The notes under the pieces are model-generated. The model searched no databases. It was not told the origin of the DNA and saw only the letters and a program-made list of their open reading frames with translations. The position numbers and the translations under genes were made by a program. A stretch of 49,564 bases of DNA, counting the filler, from Stramenopiles sp. TOSAG23-3 (Eukaryota): NCBI GenBank assembly GCA_900128585.1. It is 4 parts of 4 records of this genome, joined end to end, with 100 filler letters (N's around TTAATTAATTAA, not from the genome) between each part and the next. Parts side by side here need not be neighbours in the genome. Positions count along the whole stretch, not along the records: positions 1 to 22,661 come from LT642328.1; 3 more parts are not named here. One strand, 5' to 3'. Positions 1 through 11,217 of this stretch are shown one piece after another. Every line of letters starts with the position of its first letter. Positions within the stretch are counted from its first letter, which is position 1.

Positions 1-358
1 TCTCTTTATCCACGAGTTCTTCGTAGTCCAACAGCTTTTTACCATCTTTAAGCACCTTTCCACGAAATATCAGGGAAAACTTTTCGTCACTCTCCATTCC
101 TTCCTGGGTACGTATTGTATTCTTTATCTCCGTGACGTCGGCGTCTACAGTAACATTAAGTTCATATTCTGGAAAGTCGTCTTCAGCTGGATCTTCGTCC
201 TTTAGTAGCTGGGTCTTAATCCAAAATGTTACCTTCGCATCCAAATTCTTCCTAAAATTTTCCTCTATCGTCTCCACTTTTATTTGACTCTTAAAGCCAC
301 ACTCCCTCTGGTAAGGGTGCCAAGCTTCTCGCACCGTCATATCTTCAATATTCTCCAT
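1..358 (-). CDS. Ubiquitin-like domain protein (5' part; runs off the window)
   Basis: Not in the ORF track. Manual translation from the ATG at 358 is open to the window edge: MENIEDMTVREAW...VTEIKNTIRTQEGMESDEKFSLIFRGKVLKDGKKLLDYEELVDKE. The end resembles ubiquitin's LIFAGKQLEDGRTLSDY. Confidence 0.75.
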   Translation of the reverse strand, partial: MENIEDMTVREAWHPYQRECGFKSQIKVETIEENFRKNLDAKVTFWIKTQLLKDEDPAEDDFPEYELNVTVDADVTEIKNTIRTQEGMESDEKFSLIFRGKVLKDGKKLLDYEELVDKE

Positions 359-1008
359 GACTATACCTATCGAACCAGAAAAGCTTAATATATAACAAAA
401 ACCTTCTCTATACAAACAAACAAACGAACAAACAACGTATCCGTGAGATTGTTACTTTTTCAACCTATTCTTTTAGAGACAATAAAAACATTAAATCAAT
501 TTGATCAATTCCTTTATTGTCCTTCTCCTTTGTCGTATTCTTCTGTGTCGTCACCCACCACCACCGACCTTCCTATTATTATAATAAAATATTATTCCTA
601 TACGGTATAGTATAGTACTTCACTAACTCAATAACAGTGTCAAGTAGGAGTGTGTGTAGCAACAGGCAACAGGCAGTAACATCAGAGGATTACCGTTACC
701 GAAGAAAAAACAATATTTCAATGCTGTGTTTATGTGTTTATGTTTCTGTGGTTTATTTCGTTGTACAATTCGTAGTTTTAGGGTTAGTAATTAGAATTTA
801 ACCTATTCAATTGAATAATATACTACGGAGGATATAATTATTGCTTACTTAAATTATATTTAGATAGTGAAATTGTATATTCTATACATATATATTATAT
901 CGTTCTTCTTCCTGTGTGCTTGTTCTACTGGAAAAACAGCGAAGAAAGAAGAAAGAAGAAGACGCCGAGCCCACACTGTTCCCTGCTCCCTCAATGCCTC
1001 CTAGCAGT

Positions 1009-1095
1009 TCTTTCCTTCTTCCTTCTTCTTCTCTTCTTCTTCTTCTTCTTCAACAACAAAAAAAAAAGAAAAAAGAAGAAGAAGAAAAAAAAAAG
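1009..1095. repeat. (TTC)n followed by A/GAA-rich low-complexity tract
   Basis: Visible microsatellite in the divergent spacer upstream of the IQ gene. Confidence 0.9.
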
Positions 1096-1292
1096 GAGAT
1101 AATAAATAACAATAATAGGATTGTTTTCGTATGTCTCCAGGAGTGAAACAGACATTGGTTTTTCGTTAAGGAAGAATAACTAGTTTTTGTGCATTCCGTG
1201 CAATTACAATTATTATTAATCTTTTGCGTTGCACAGTGTTCGTCTGTGACGGACGGGTGTTGCTCGGAATCTACGGTTTCCCGCAGTGAAGC

Positions 1293-3992
1293 ATGGCAGA
1301 GGGAGGGGAGGAGCAGGAGAAACTGCCCCCCGAAATTTTGGCAGAGTCAATTGCTGTATCTCAATTAAAATGTCGGGCGCGCATAAAGGTGATGAAACAC
1401 AAGATTGATATATATTGGTTCAAAGGGACATTGGAAAATCAATTGTGTGCATACAAAGATAGGGATCATTCGTACCCAAAGTCGGGGCACTCCCCGAGAG
1501 TGGAAACGTATAAATCGTTTCAGGGTAGAGAGGCAACAAAGGTCCAGTCTCTGTTTCGAAGCTACCGAAGCCGCCGGCGCTACGAACGCCTTACCGATTA
1601 TAAAAAACGGATAAGGCATTACTCAAAAGAACAATATGTACATAAACCAACACGATTGCTTATATTCTATAACGTAAAACCCTGCAAAATGTGGATTGGG
1701 TTGGAAGATGAGCCGTGGCACGTCTTCAAGAAAAATAAACGTAAGAGAAACCAAAAGGAGGAGGTTATCGTGAGGCGATCGTGTGTTATTTGCGCTGCCG
1801 TCGTCATCCAAGGGGCATTCCGGCGATTTTTGATGGAGCTAAATTTAGAACGGGAAAGACAAAAAATACTTCATGGGCACACGACTTCAGCAAATGAAGC
1901 AGACACAGGCAGGAACGAACTCCAGATCCATAGTATCGAACTGCTTCGGGCAAAGTTAGACCTGAATAGAAATAGTATACTTATTCGCGAGCAGGTGCTG
2001 AGGGACTTGAAAGCTAGTATCCCGGCAGGAGAGAAGCCAACGAAAGAACAAGGGCGGCGATCATCTGCTCTAAAAGCATGTATAAGACAGAGAAAAAGAG
2101 ACCAGATGGCGTTGGATAAGAGGTGTATCAACTTGCTCGGACTCAAACCAAGAGATGGTCACGTCCTGACAACCCCGCCGCTTAGACCGTCGTTGATGCG
2201 AAAAGGCGCAGCCACCCTTCTCCAGGGGCGGATTCGCATATTTCTCGCAAAACAAAGAAGCATTGAGCGTCGCTGGAAGCGTTCGCAAAGGCTGAAAAAA
2301 AAACATACTTTACGTATGAAAATTCAAATGGAACACAGGAGAGTCTACTGGACGCGTGTAAATGGAGATTTAAGGAGGCGACGCTTCGAGGGAGCTAGGT
2401 GTATACAAAATGCATGGAGATGCATGAAATCCAGGAAAGAATTGCTTAGACGAAAACAGACAATTCGCCGCAGATTCCTGCAGCGATGGTGGCGAGGGTG
2501 TTTGGCACGCCACACTGTCATATGGAATGCGCGAAAAGAGCGAGAAAGGAATAGGTTTCGCCACAGAGTGCTCTTTCGCCTATCTCACCAATCCGCAGTA
2601 TGGGCCATCAACGGGTGGAGGGAGTACATGCGGCAGGAACAACTGTGGAGATCACGGCTTTACCTAGCGAGGGAGATTGCTGAGTCCAAATGGAACAATC
2701 ATTGTGCAGCTCGTATACAGCGACAGTTTCGCATATTTCTAAGCCGGCGTGATTTTGTTGTCAACGAAATGTTGCCCACTTTACACCCACGGCTTAGAAA
2801 CTTGGTCATGGGGTTGCTAAAAACTAGAGATTGGCACACTTTCGTCGGAGAAGTGCTTAGGGACAGCAAGACGCGCAACAACCCAGAGCCAAGACTTGTG
2901 CTCGACGCGGAGAGATTGGGATTTCCTTTGCCCTTGATGAATGTAGACGAAAACACTGAGTTAATCCACAGAAGCGTCGATCGCTGGCTAGGTTGGCGGC
3001 CAAACCCGTTGCCAGGCAGCAGTCTTCCAACGTGCATGCATTATATGGTCAAAAAATTAAATGAGCAATACTATCATTACGTCACACTTACGAATGCAAG
3101 CTGCGATATCGTTCAGAGGGTTCAAGAAGAGGCTATGATTGCCCAACTGACCAAGCTACTTCTATCAGATACCTACGATTTCCCTAAAAAACGATGGGAT
3201 AATATGGGACAGGCAAAGCGGAGGGTTGCAATGAGCTCATTTACAGTGAAGAAGGATAGTGCAGCGTTTTCTTACTTGCGATGGTTCCTCGATGGAGAGG
3301 ATTTGTGTGGCCACTGCGGTGCCCTTCTTTCGTGGAACGACAAAGGAAAATGTACCGTATGCAGCAAGCATAGATATGAAATGGAAACGGCGAGTGTTGC
3401 ATCACGCACAAAGAAGTTCAGATTAGGCACCCGTTCAATCAAACGGCAAAGACTTGCAGGATTACATGAGGTAAAAGAGCCTGTTTATGACTTCTTGTGC
3501 CATGCAGCATTTTGTGTTTACGCTCCAGCAGGATCTTGGAAGCGGCTGATGCCGAAAACAAAAGCCTGGGAAGACAGTCGCTCAATGGTAGAGGGCATGA
3601 TCAAACAGCTAAATAGGCAAAATATTCATACCATTGGGTCTCTTTGGCTATCGGTTATTAGTGGCGAGTTTCAGACGTTGGGTTTTGAACGCGAAATTTC
3701 TGCCAAAATCATTCGCCTACTGAAGATGTTACATGTCGAAATTATGACTTGGCTACAGACGGGAAATGCACCCACTGGAAGTGTCATTTACGAGGACTAT
3801 GACTCGACATTTTTGCCTGAAATACCGTCACGACTTTCTTTGTTGCCATCATTAGAAGGCAGTGCAAGCATCAACCAGCACGAAGCAACGCAGACTTGGA
3901 GTCCTGGGAAGAGGTCCCGCCCAACTACTAGCCATATTGTTGATTTTAGCTCCCACAGGCTGAGCCGGAACAACGTGCCACATTCAAGGTAA
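1293..3992 (+). CDS. Multi-IQ calmodulin-binding motif protein with C-terminal CxxC...CxxC zinc ribbon (899 aa)
   Basis: Long ATG-initiated ORF. IQ-like motifs VQSLFRSYRSRR, IQGAFRRFL, LQGRIRIFLAK, IQNAWRCMKSRK, LQRWWRGCLAR, IQRQFRIFLSRR; zinc-ribbon-like CGHC-x11-CTVC. Confidence 0.8.
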   Translation: MAEGGEEQEKLPPEILAESIAVSQLKCRARIKVMKHKIDIYWFKGTLENQLCAYKDRDHSYPKSGHSPRVETYKSFQGREATKVQSLFRSYRSRRRYERLTDYKKRIRHYSKEQYVHKPTRLLIFYNVKPCKMWIGLEDEPWHVFKKNKRKRNQKEEVIVRRSCVICAAVVIQGAFRRFLMELNLERERQKILHGHTTSANEADTGRNELQIHSIELLRAKLDLNRNSILIREQVLRDLKASIPAGEKPTKEQGRRSSALKACIRQRKRDQMALDKRCINLLGLKPRDGHVLTTPPLRPSLMRKGAATLLQGRIRIFLAKQRSIERRWKRSQRLKKKHTLRMKIQMEHRRVYWTRVNGDLRRRRFEGARCIQNAWRCMKSRKELLRRKQTIRRRFLQRWWRGCLARHTVIWNARKERERNRFRHRVLFRLSHQSAVWAINGWREYMRQEQLWRSRLYLAREIAESKWNNHCAARIQRQFRIFLSRRDFVVNEMLPTLHPRLRNLVMGLLKTRDWHTFVGEVLRDSKTRNNPEPRLVLDAERLGFPLPLMNVDENTELIHRSVDRWLGWRPNPLPGSSLPTCMHYMVKKLNEQYYHYVTLTNASCDIVQRVQEEAMIAQLTKLLLSDTYDFPKKRWDNMGQAKRRVAMSSFTVKKDSAAFSYLRWFLDGEDLCGHCGALLSWNDKGKCTVCSKHRYEMETASVASRTKKFRLGTRSIKRQRLAGLHEVKEPVYDFLCHAAFCVYAPAGSWKRLMPKTKAWEDSRSMVEGMIKQLNRQNIHTIGSLWLSVISGEFQTLGFEREISAKIIRLLKMLHVEIMTWLQTGNAPTGSVIYEDYDSTFLPEIPSRLSLLPSLEGSASINQHEATQTWSPGKRSRPTTSHIVDFSSHRLSRNNVPHSR

Positions 3993-4135
3993 ATGTATTC
4001 AGGAGGAACTGTAAATAGATAATCTTATTTATAATTGAAAAAGAGGTACGAAGTATAATCACCATAGTTAAACATTTTGTTTGGGAATATTTCTTCTAGT
4101 TTCGATTTTTATTATCTTATAAACTCGTCTAAGTT

Positions 4136-5734
4136 TTACCCCAAAAGGTCGCGAATAGCTTTCATTGCCCGCTCGTCTACACCCATTTGCCTCAACTGGT
4201 TGTAGTCAGGATTGATACCTCCTTCGGAATCTACTGTTTCGACCTTCTTTTTAACCCACGATGGCACAGTCGCACCCCCACCCCCCACCCCCGGAGGAGG
4301 TTTGCCCGCACTGGATTCGGCAAGACACTTTTGGGAAAATCGCCTTCGCATAGACCGTAAGAACATGATTAACGTTGGGACAAATCCTTTGGGCTTAAAG
4401 TTTTCTAAAAATGCGGCTTTACAATGCTTTCTAACGTAAAATTCTCTGCGTTTTGCTTCTTCCAACGGTACATTTCTTTTCGTCAGTATTCTTTTGATAA
4501 ACCCTTTCAAGAGCTTCGAACACGCCGATGCCAGGAGTTGGACCAAAATGCTGTACTGTGTTCGGAGACCCTGGAATGCTTCCGACGTTTCATCTATCCG
4601 ATGTTCTGTCTGCAAACCGAACTTTTCTATTGGAAAATGCTCTCGCAAGTATCGCGAAACTGGTTTGTTTGACTGGATTGTTATAATCAAGGTGACCTCT
4701 AAGACGTTCACCCACGCCCAGCTTTGGTTGCCTGCAAACAAAAACGGGACCAAGGGGGGATACGACAGCCTCCGCGAATCGCACTCTTCGCCGTCTATGA
4801 ATGAGGTCTTCTCGCTGCTTGCGCATGACACGGTGTACACTTTCCCTTTGTTGACGTGCATGCGCAGTGTTTCCTGTAGCACGCTCAACCATCGTGACTT
4901 TAATACATCAATACCTACAGACAAATGCATGGATGGATCACCCCCGACATCTGGATGCCCCTTGCATGCCATCGTGTGTGGAGCATGCAACGTACCACGG
5001 GGTAAGTACAACATGTCTCCTGCTCGCAAGCCCACCATTCTGCATTTTAACCCCTCTGGGTTTTGATACGGGTCGTTCGTGTAATGCTTTGCGTCGACAG
5101 GCAGTTGGTCTTCAAAGGGCTGCTCACATATTTTCCAACATTTCGACCCTATGGTTTGCACAATCACCAAATCATGCCCGTCGTGGTGCAACAAAAATCC
5201 GGTAGCGTTTGCAGGAGAATAGTACAAGTTAATGCCGGCATTGTGGCCAAAAGCGTTGTAAATAGTACACGACGTTTTGTGCAGTCGGTCACTGACCTTA
5301 TTGGCATGTTGTATCATCATCGTGTGGCCTTCATCGAAATGCTTCTCTGCCAGTTCAACTGTTGTCGCCGACGACCCGGGATCATTTTGATCGAATTCAC
5401 CGTCAACAAATACCTCTGTGTCGTGAAAAACGAACTTGACGTTATCAAGAGGTTTCAGTGACCGCGTCTTGATAACCTCAACCAAGTGTTCGTAATTGAA
5501 CAGACTAGTTCTTCTCTCCACAACTTTTGAGCTGGAGTCCTCTCTTTTAAAATGAAGAACGTTCTTCCCAAAAGCATTGCTATGAAAATCTTCTATCGAG
5601 ACTGGATCCATGATATCACTAATATTTTCCAAAGAGAACTTTGCAGAACAAAAAGAAACGAACCAAACCGCAACGCATACAAGCCCCCCTACCGGCAGCC
5701 GCTTCCTCGCTGCACACTTCAGGAACAGTTCCAT
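4136..5734 (-). CDS. JmjC/cupin-4 2-oxoglutarate Fe(II) oxygenase, NO66/MINA53/RoxA-like, with predicted signal peptide
   Basis: NLYYSP..GFLLHHDGHD (HxD), QTIGSKCWKI, LRAGDMLYLPRGTLHAP (distal His), SMHLSVG. First ATG is at 5734 (the track starts at a TTG). Hydrophobic N-terminus VGGLVCVAVWFVSFCSA. Confidence 0.85.
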   Translation of the reverse strand: MELFLKCAARKRLPVGGLVCVAVWFVSFCSAKFSLENISDIMDPVSIEDFHSNAFGKNVLHFKREDSSSKVVERRTSLFNYEHLVEVIKTRSLKPLDNVKFVFHDTEVFVDGEFDQNDPGSSATTVELAEKHFDEGHTMMIQHANKVSDRLHKTSCTIYNAFGHNAGINLYYSPANATGFLLHHDGHDLVIVQTIGSKCWKICEQPFEDQLPVDAKHYTNDPYQNPEGLKCRMVGLRAGDMLYLPRGTLHAPHTMACKGHPDVGGDPSMHLSVGIDVLKSRWLSVLQETLRMHVNKGKVYTVSCASSEKTSFIDGEECDSRRLSYPPLVPFLFAGNQSWAWVNVLEVTLIITIQSNKPVSRYLREHFPIEKFGLQTEHRIDETSEAFQGLRTQYSILVQLLASACSKLLKGFIKRILTKRNVPLEEAKRREFYVRKHCKAAFLENFKPKGFVPTLIMFLRSMRRRFSQKCLAESSAGKPPPGVGGGGATVPSWVKKKVETVDSEGGINPDYNQLRQMGVDERAMKAIRDLLG

Positions 5735-5940
5735 TCTTCTCAAATACCGTTCGGTAGAAAATGTTTCTGGGTCTTTCCTGGGTTCTTTCGTAAAATTCCA
5801 ATTCCTTGGGTTTGGTTGCGAGTTTCATACTTTTATAATCTGACATGCTTCGGCGATGATTTTTGCTCTTCAACCCAAGAGAAACGGAGAACAACAACAA
5901 GAGAAGCATCGTCGTGTATATAATAATTTATAATAATAAT

Positions 5941-6110
5941 AAAGAAGAAGAATGAAGGAGAAGAAGAAGTAGATAGAAGAAGAAGAAGAAGCAGAAGAAG
6001 AAGAAGAAGAGGAAGAAAGAAGAAGAAGAAGAAGAAGAAGAAGAAGAAGAAGAAGAAAGAAGAAGAAGAAGAAGAGGAAGAAAGAAGAAGAAGAAGAAGA
6101 AGAAGAAGAA

Positions 6111-6142
<32 letters not shown>

Positions 6143-6160
6143 AAGAAAAAAGAAAGAAAA
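5941..6160. repeat. (GAA)n polypurine microsatellite
   Basis: About 220 nt of near-pure GAA repeat in the JmjC/CTP synthase divergent spacer. Confidence 0.95.
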
Positions 6161-6815
6161 TGATTTTTTTTTTCTGAGGAGTTCTTTTTACAACGTAGTT
6201 GATTATGTGTATAATTCATATACGTAAATATATGTAGTATTATTACAGTAAATTAATATATAAATCAAATATTTAATAGGTACATAATTTACAATACAAT
6301 ATTATATACTAATAATACAACAGGTTCACACCATCTGTACTTTTTTAGCGCGGTCCTTTTCTAGAAAAGATATTTTATGTATATTAAGTACATATTTACA
6401 TATTATAAAATATCCATATTTTTCATTTTAATTATATACAATTAATGGAAGAAAATGATAAATACAAACTATTTATTAATTATACCTTAATTTTGTTTTT
6501 TGAATTTATTAAAAAAAACGAAAAAAGAAAAATTTCTTCTTCTTTGTTGTTGTTGTTGTTTTTTATTATTATTATTACTTCTTCTTCTTTGCGCCAAGAA
6601 GGAAGAAGTTCCCTCCTTCCCGCCACTGCCGTGTGGGCTTGATCGGTCCACCAGTTAAAGATTACAAAGAAAAGTTTAGAGTTCACTGTCGACACATGGG
6701 GATTTATGATATAAAAGGAAGCTACGAACAAATCATTTTATAGCGCAAGATTACGAAAGATTTGCGATAGAACCAGAAGACGAAATAACCCTTTGCAAGT
6801 AAACTGTAATACAAA

Positions 6816-8606
6816 ATGAGCTCCATCGCAAGTGCAGGGACTGCAGCTAGTACACCTCCCCCGTCACCACGTGCCAAAGTAAAGGCAATTAAAAAAAAAA
6901 TGAAATATGTGATTGTCACCGGTGGTGTTGTCAGTGGGTTAGGAAAAGGCATTACCATCAGCAGCGTGGGGGTCATTCTGAAGCGATGCGGGTTTCGCGT
7001 CACGAGTATTAAAATTGACCCTTATTTGAACACAGACGCAGGTACCATGAGCCCGTTCGAGCACGGTGAGTGCTACGTTTTGGACGACGGGGGGGAAGCT
7101 GACTTGGACCTTGGAAATTACGAACGGTTTCTCGGCGTCCGACTCACACGGGACCACAACATCACAACAGGCAAAGCCTACCAACAGGTCATTCAAAGAG
7201 AAAGGCGGGGCGATTATCTGGGAAAGACGGTGCAAGTCGTACCACACGTAACCAACGGCATTCAAGACTGGATTGAACGTGTTGCTTACATCCCTGTGGA
7301 CGGTAAGGTGGGGCCACCTGACGTTTGCTTGATTGAAGTCGGCGGTACAGTAGGCGACATCGAAAGCATGATATTTTTGGAGGCGCTGCGCCAGTTTCAA
7401 TTTCGTGTCGGGAGAGAAAACTGTTGCTTCTTACACGTCAGTTTGGTCCCAGTATTGGGGAGTGTTGGGGAGCAGAAAACGAAGCCGACGCAACACAGCA
7501 TCCGCGAGTTGCGAAGCGTCGGCCTTTCACCGGACGTGATTGTCTGCCGCAGCAGCCAAAAGCTAGAACGCTCGACGGCGGAGAAGATCTCCTTATTTTG
7601 CCACGTCCCACCCGATCACGTTTTGTCTGTGCACGATGTATCAAACATTTACCACGTTGCTTTGATTCTATGCGAACAAGGGCTACCTGACATTTTGGCG
7701 AACAAGTTGCATACCACACCGGCTATCATGCCCCCTGACATGGCATCTTGGGAAGACATGGCAACGACTGTGGACAATTTGGGCGGTGACGTTCATATTG
7801 CATTAGTGGGGAAGTACACCAATTTGCAAGATTCGTACCTTAGCGTTTTGAAAGCGCTGAAGCATGGGGGTTTTGCTTGTCGAAGAAAAGTGATCGTAGA
7901 CTGGGTCGAGGCGTCACACCTTGAATTACAGGACGAAGAAGGGGAAAGGGCATGGGGCTTCATCAAAAATGCGGATGGTATTTTGGTGCCAGGCGGGTTC
8001 GGCGATCGCGGAGTCGAAGGGAAAATGAAAGCGATTAACTATGCGAGAGAAAACAAAGTACCATACTTGGGGATTTGCTTGGGAATGCAGCTAGCCGTAG
8101 TTGAGTATGCACGCAACGTGTTGAATCTACAAGGTGCGACGAGCACAGAATTCAACGAGCATCCAGAGCACGATTTGATTATCTTCATGCCGGAAATCAG
8201 CACGTCCCACATGGGTGGGACAATGCGGTTGGGGTCCCGCCAGACTATTTTTCGTGAATACGAGGGGCACCAATCGATCGCTGCGGCCATCTACGAGAAC
8301 GCCGAAGGGGTATACGAAAGGCACCGCCATCGGTACGAGGTAAATCCCGATTATGTCCCGCAGTTAGAGGAAGCTGGGTTAATGTTCACGGGCGTCGACG
8401 ACAAGGGCCAGCGTATGGAAATTATTGAGCTGTCAAGAGAAGACCACCCTTTCTATTTGGCGTGCCAATTCCACCCAGAGTTCAAAACGAGGCCTCAAAG
8501 CCCGTCGCCGCCATTTGCCGCGTTTGTACTCGCTGCTGCAGGACTTTGGGAACAGAACAAATTCCAAAGTTCTTTCGGCCGAGCTAGTCCCCGAACGGTT
8601 CAGTAG
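6816..8606 (+). CDS. CTPS: CTP synthase
   Basis: [44 protein letters not shown]; glutaminase triad motifs GICLG and QFHPEF. Confidence 0.99.
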   Translation: MSSIASAGTAASTPPPSPRAKVKAIKKKMKYVIVTGGVVSGLGKGITISSVGVILKRCGFRVTSIKIDPYLNTDAGTMSPFEHGECYVLDDGGEADLDLGNYERFLGVRLTRDHNITTGKAYQQVIQRERRGDYLGKTVQVVPHVTNGIQDWIERVAYIPVDGKVGPPDVCLIEVGGTVGDIESMIFLEALRQFQFRVGRENCCFLHVSLVPVLGSVGEQKTKPTQHSIRELRSVGLSPDVIVCRSSQKLERSTAEKISLFCHVPPDHVLSVHDVSNIYHVALILCEQGLPDILANKLHTTPAIMPPDMASWEDMATTVDNLGGDVHIALVGKYTNLQDSYLSVLKALKHGGFACRRKVIVDWVEASHLELQDEEGERAWGFIKNADGILVPGGFGDRGVEGKMKAINYARENKVPYLGICLGMQLAVVEYARNVLNLQGATSTEFNEHPEHDLIIFMPEISTSHMGGTMRLGSRQTIFREYEGHQSIAAAIYENAEGVYERHRHRYEVNPDYVPQLEEAGLMFTGVDDKGQRMEIIELSREDHPFYLACQFHPEFKTRPQSPSPPFAAFVLAAAGLWEQNKFQSSFGRASPRTVQ

Positions 8607-9105
8607 TCGACTGCAGCCCCGGGGTGTGCTTCGTGCGGAAAAAGCACTTTTGTTCTCTCTCTAAAATAGAAATCGGTTCTGGGCGAGAACAAACTAAAAT
8701 CTTTAAAAATGATTCTCCACTATATTTAATGTCGTGTAACATTTTAAATACCGTGTACGTTAAACCATTATCTATTGCAATTTACTAACATGGTGATAAC
8801 GTGGAGACTGATTCACATAGTAACTCTGATGAGTTTGAAGAAGTGATTTACTCGCAGGAGTCTCCAAAACGTGGAAAAACTTTCAGGGACTTTGAATGGG
8901 ACGAGGTTCGCCTCTATATAAGTTCATTGGAACATAACAATCCCTTGACAAACAACGAAAGAATAATAATGGCGGGCATAACGATAGAAAGTGAGTCTGA
9001 AGGCATACTAATATAATATTTGTTTTACTAACATACGTGTTCATTGGATATTACAAATTTTACATAAATTTACACCTATATAATAATTTGTTTTTTTTAC
9101 AAATT

Positions 9106-10287
9106 TTACGATCGCATATACGTAAATACAAAAATTATGAAAAGGAGCACTCCAAACAGTTTCAAAATTAGAGCACGCTCCCCAGACACAGTTTTCCAGT
9201 ACTTCAGCAACTCGTTTTGCCCCGATGTAACATGGTGCTCGGCTTGGAATACGTCTTGCTCAATCGAGGGAAGCATATCGTTTTGATCCGCTATTAATGA
9301 AGTCATTTGGCTCCACATCGACGATATCGTGGCCACTGCCTTTGCTGCCTGCTGCGCGTCTTTTTGGCGCTGGGATGAATCGTTCATGGAATAGAACTGC
9401 TGCGATTGGAACCCACCCTGCGCCGCAGCGCTTGGGTGGTAGGACCTTGCATTTTTTGCGTACGGGTTGGCACGTCGATAGGGATTTTTACTAGTTTCTT
9501 CGGAGGGGGCAGGCTGCTGATGTTGGTGGTGGCTCGGTGCCGCATTTATTTGTTGGCGTTGCCGAAGACCGCCACCAGCACCTACTGCTCCTCCACCCGG
9601 CCTAGATAAATGCGGGCCAGCATTGTGCTGTCCATGAGACGCCTGGCCCTGCAGGGGGTGGTGGCCCTGCCTCCCTTGGTTTTGGGCATGAGAAAATCCT
9701 CTCGTATTTGTGTTAGGGTTGTATGATTGGCGTGCGAGATTATTGTGCACCTTCCTATTTTGAGCCCCCGCATGGTTGTTACCCCTAGCCCGCTCCCTGC
9801 TTGCGGGAGAAAATTCTACCACCGGTGTCATACTTGCAAACTGTTTCCTGCGTTCGTGCTGGCGTTTTATTGCTTTTGAACGCATATCCATGGCTTCTTT
9901 GAACTTCTTGACATGGACGTTAAGAGTTTTTCTAAGTGTTTCTACAAGTATTTTAAAGTGCGCCGCGGTTGAAGAATTTGCCCCGCTGGTCCCTTGCTGC
10001 TGCAGATCGGATAAATCTTGACTAATTGCCTCTAGCTTAGACTTGCACAAAGCTGTTAGCTCGTTGATATCTTTGGTCGAATCGTCGAACATGCCCTTTT
10101 TATGCGCCAGCACAAATAGTTTGTCGAGCTGGTCGCGCACAAAAATCAGTTCTTTCGTTATGTGCTTGCTCTTCAACATCAGCCCCGTTACTTTTAGGCG
10201 CGTACCAACGGGCACGGGAACAACTCGCCCCTCCGATAACAACTCAACACATCGGTTAAATTCTGAAGTTCTATCGACAAACGTCAT
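9106..10287 (-). CDS. STX5: Syntaxin-5 (Sed5-type Qa-SNARE)
   Basis: N-peptide DRTSEF, Habc region (KKGMFDD..DINELT), C-terminal SNARE heptads, LLKYWKTVSGERALILKLFGVLLFIIFVF tail anchor. First ATG is at 10287. Confidence 0.9.
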   Translation of the reverse strand: MTFVDRTSEFNRCVELLSEGRVVPVPVGTRLKVTGLMLKSKHITKELIFVRDQLDKLFVLAHKKGMFDDSTKDINELTALCKSKLEAISQDLSDLQQQGTSGANSSTAAHFKILVETLRKTLNVHVKKFKEAMDMRSKAIKRQHERRKQFASMTPVVEFSPASRERARGNNHAGAQNRKVHNNLARQSYNPNTNTRGFSHAQNQGRQGHHPLQGQASHGQHNAGPHLSRPGGGAVGAGGGLRQRQQINAAPSHHQHQQPAPSEETSKNPYRRANPYAKNARSYHPSAAAQGGFQSQQFYSMNDSSQRQKDAQQAAKAVATISSMWSQMTSLIADQNDMLPSIEQDVFQAEHHVTSGQNELLKYWKTVSGERALILKLFGVLLFIIFVFTYMRS

Positions 10288-10729
10288 ACCTGACACTCAA
10301 ACCTGTTGCCTATACTATTCAATCACAGCCCCCAAAACTCCTAGAGGACTCTTGGTGTTTCCGCCAAAACAACCCCTTAATATTCAAACTCAGTGGACAA
10401 ACTTGTTGTACACGGGCAATGGTAACGATTGAATAAAACAATAGTTTGCATAACGGAATGACTTCTACAATTTCTTAATGAATCATCTTATAGTTGTATA
10501 TATATATGAATAAACCATTTTTATCTCAAAATCAAAAATGCAATTTTTTATTATTAATAAATAATAAAATTATTATTTTTTTTTTTTATTAAAAAAAATT
10601 ATAAAAATATAAAAAAAAAATAGACCTATAATAGAATATAGATAAACAACAACAACACTATTATACTTCTTCTTCTTCGTGCTGTGCTATGCCATCCAAG
10701 GAGGAGGTGCGACGGACGACAACAACAGA

Positions 10730-10860
10730 GGAGATCAGAAGAAAAAAAAGAAAAAAGAAGAAAAAAAAAGAAAGAAGATCGATGATCATCGATCATCTTC
10801 AAAAAAGAGAGTTGAAGAAGAAGAAGAAGAAAGAAAAAAAAATGATGATGATGATGGGAA
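10730..10860. repeat. GAA/A-rich and (GAT)n low-complexity tract
   Basis: Visible in the syntaxin/epimerase divergent spacer. Confidence 0.85.
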
Positions 10861-11217
10861 GGAAGAATTTTACAATTTTATTTCTCCTTGCTGCTCTCTG
10901 CTGCTGTGGTGGCCTTTTTTTTTTTTGGAATAATATTTTATAATTTTTAAAAAAATTTAATATATATTATTATTTTTATTTGTTTTTTTTGTTCTTTGTT
11001 TGCCGTTGGTTGGTGTTTATTATGTTGTATAGTTGAGTGACACACAGATTTTGTTGTTCTGTATTTTTTCATACGTTTGTTTTTTTGTTGGAAAGAGAAG
11101 GTAGTAAAAGATGTTCTGAGTTAAAAATCATATTCCCGGCCTTCTGTTTAAGCAAAGAAAGGATCGATATCTACCCAGCTCTTTGTAATTTATTGATTTT
11201 GATTTGATGCTATTTCA

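Noticed and set aside
914-1146. Poly-K/E/F/L/S ORFs here and near 5.8-6.2, 10.7, 17.1, 19.7, 22.5, 26.9, 40.6 and 47.1 kb
   Set aside because: They are translations of GAA/TTC microsatellites.
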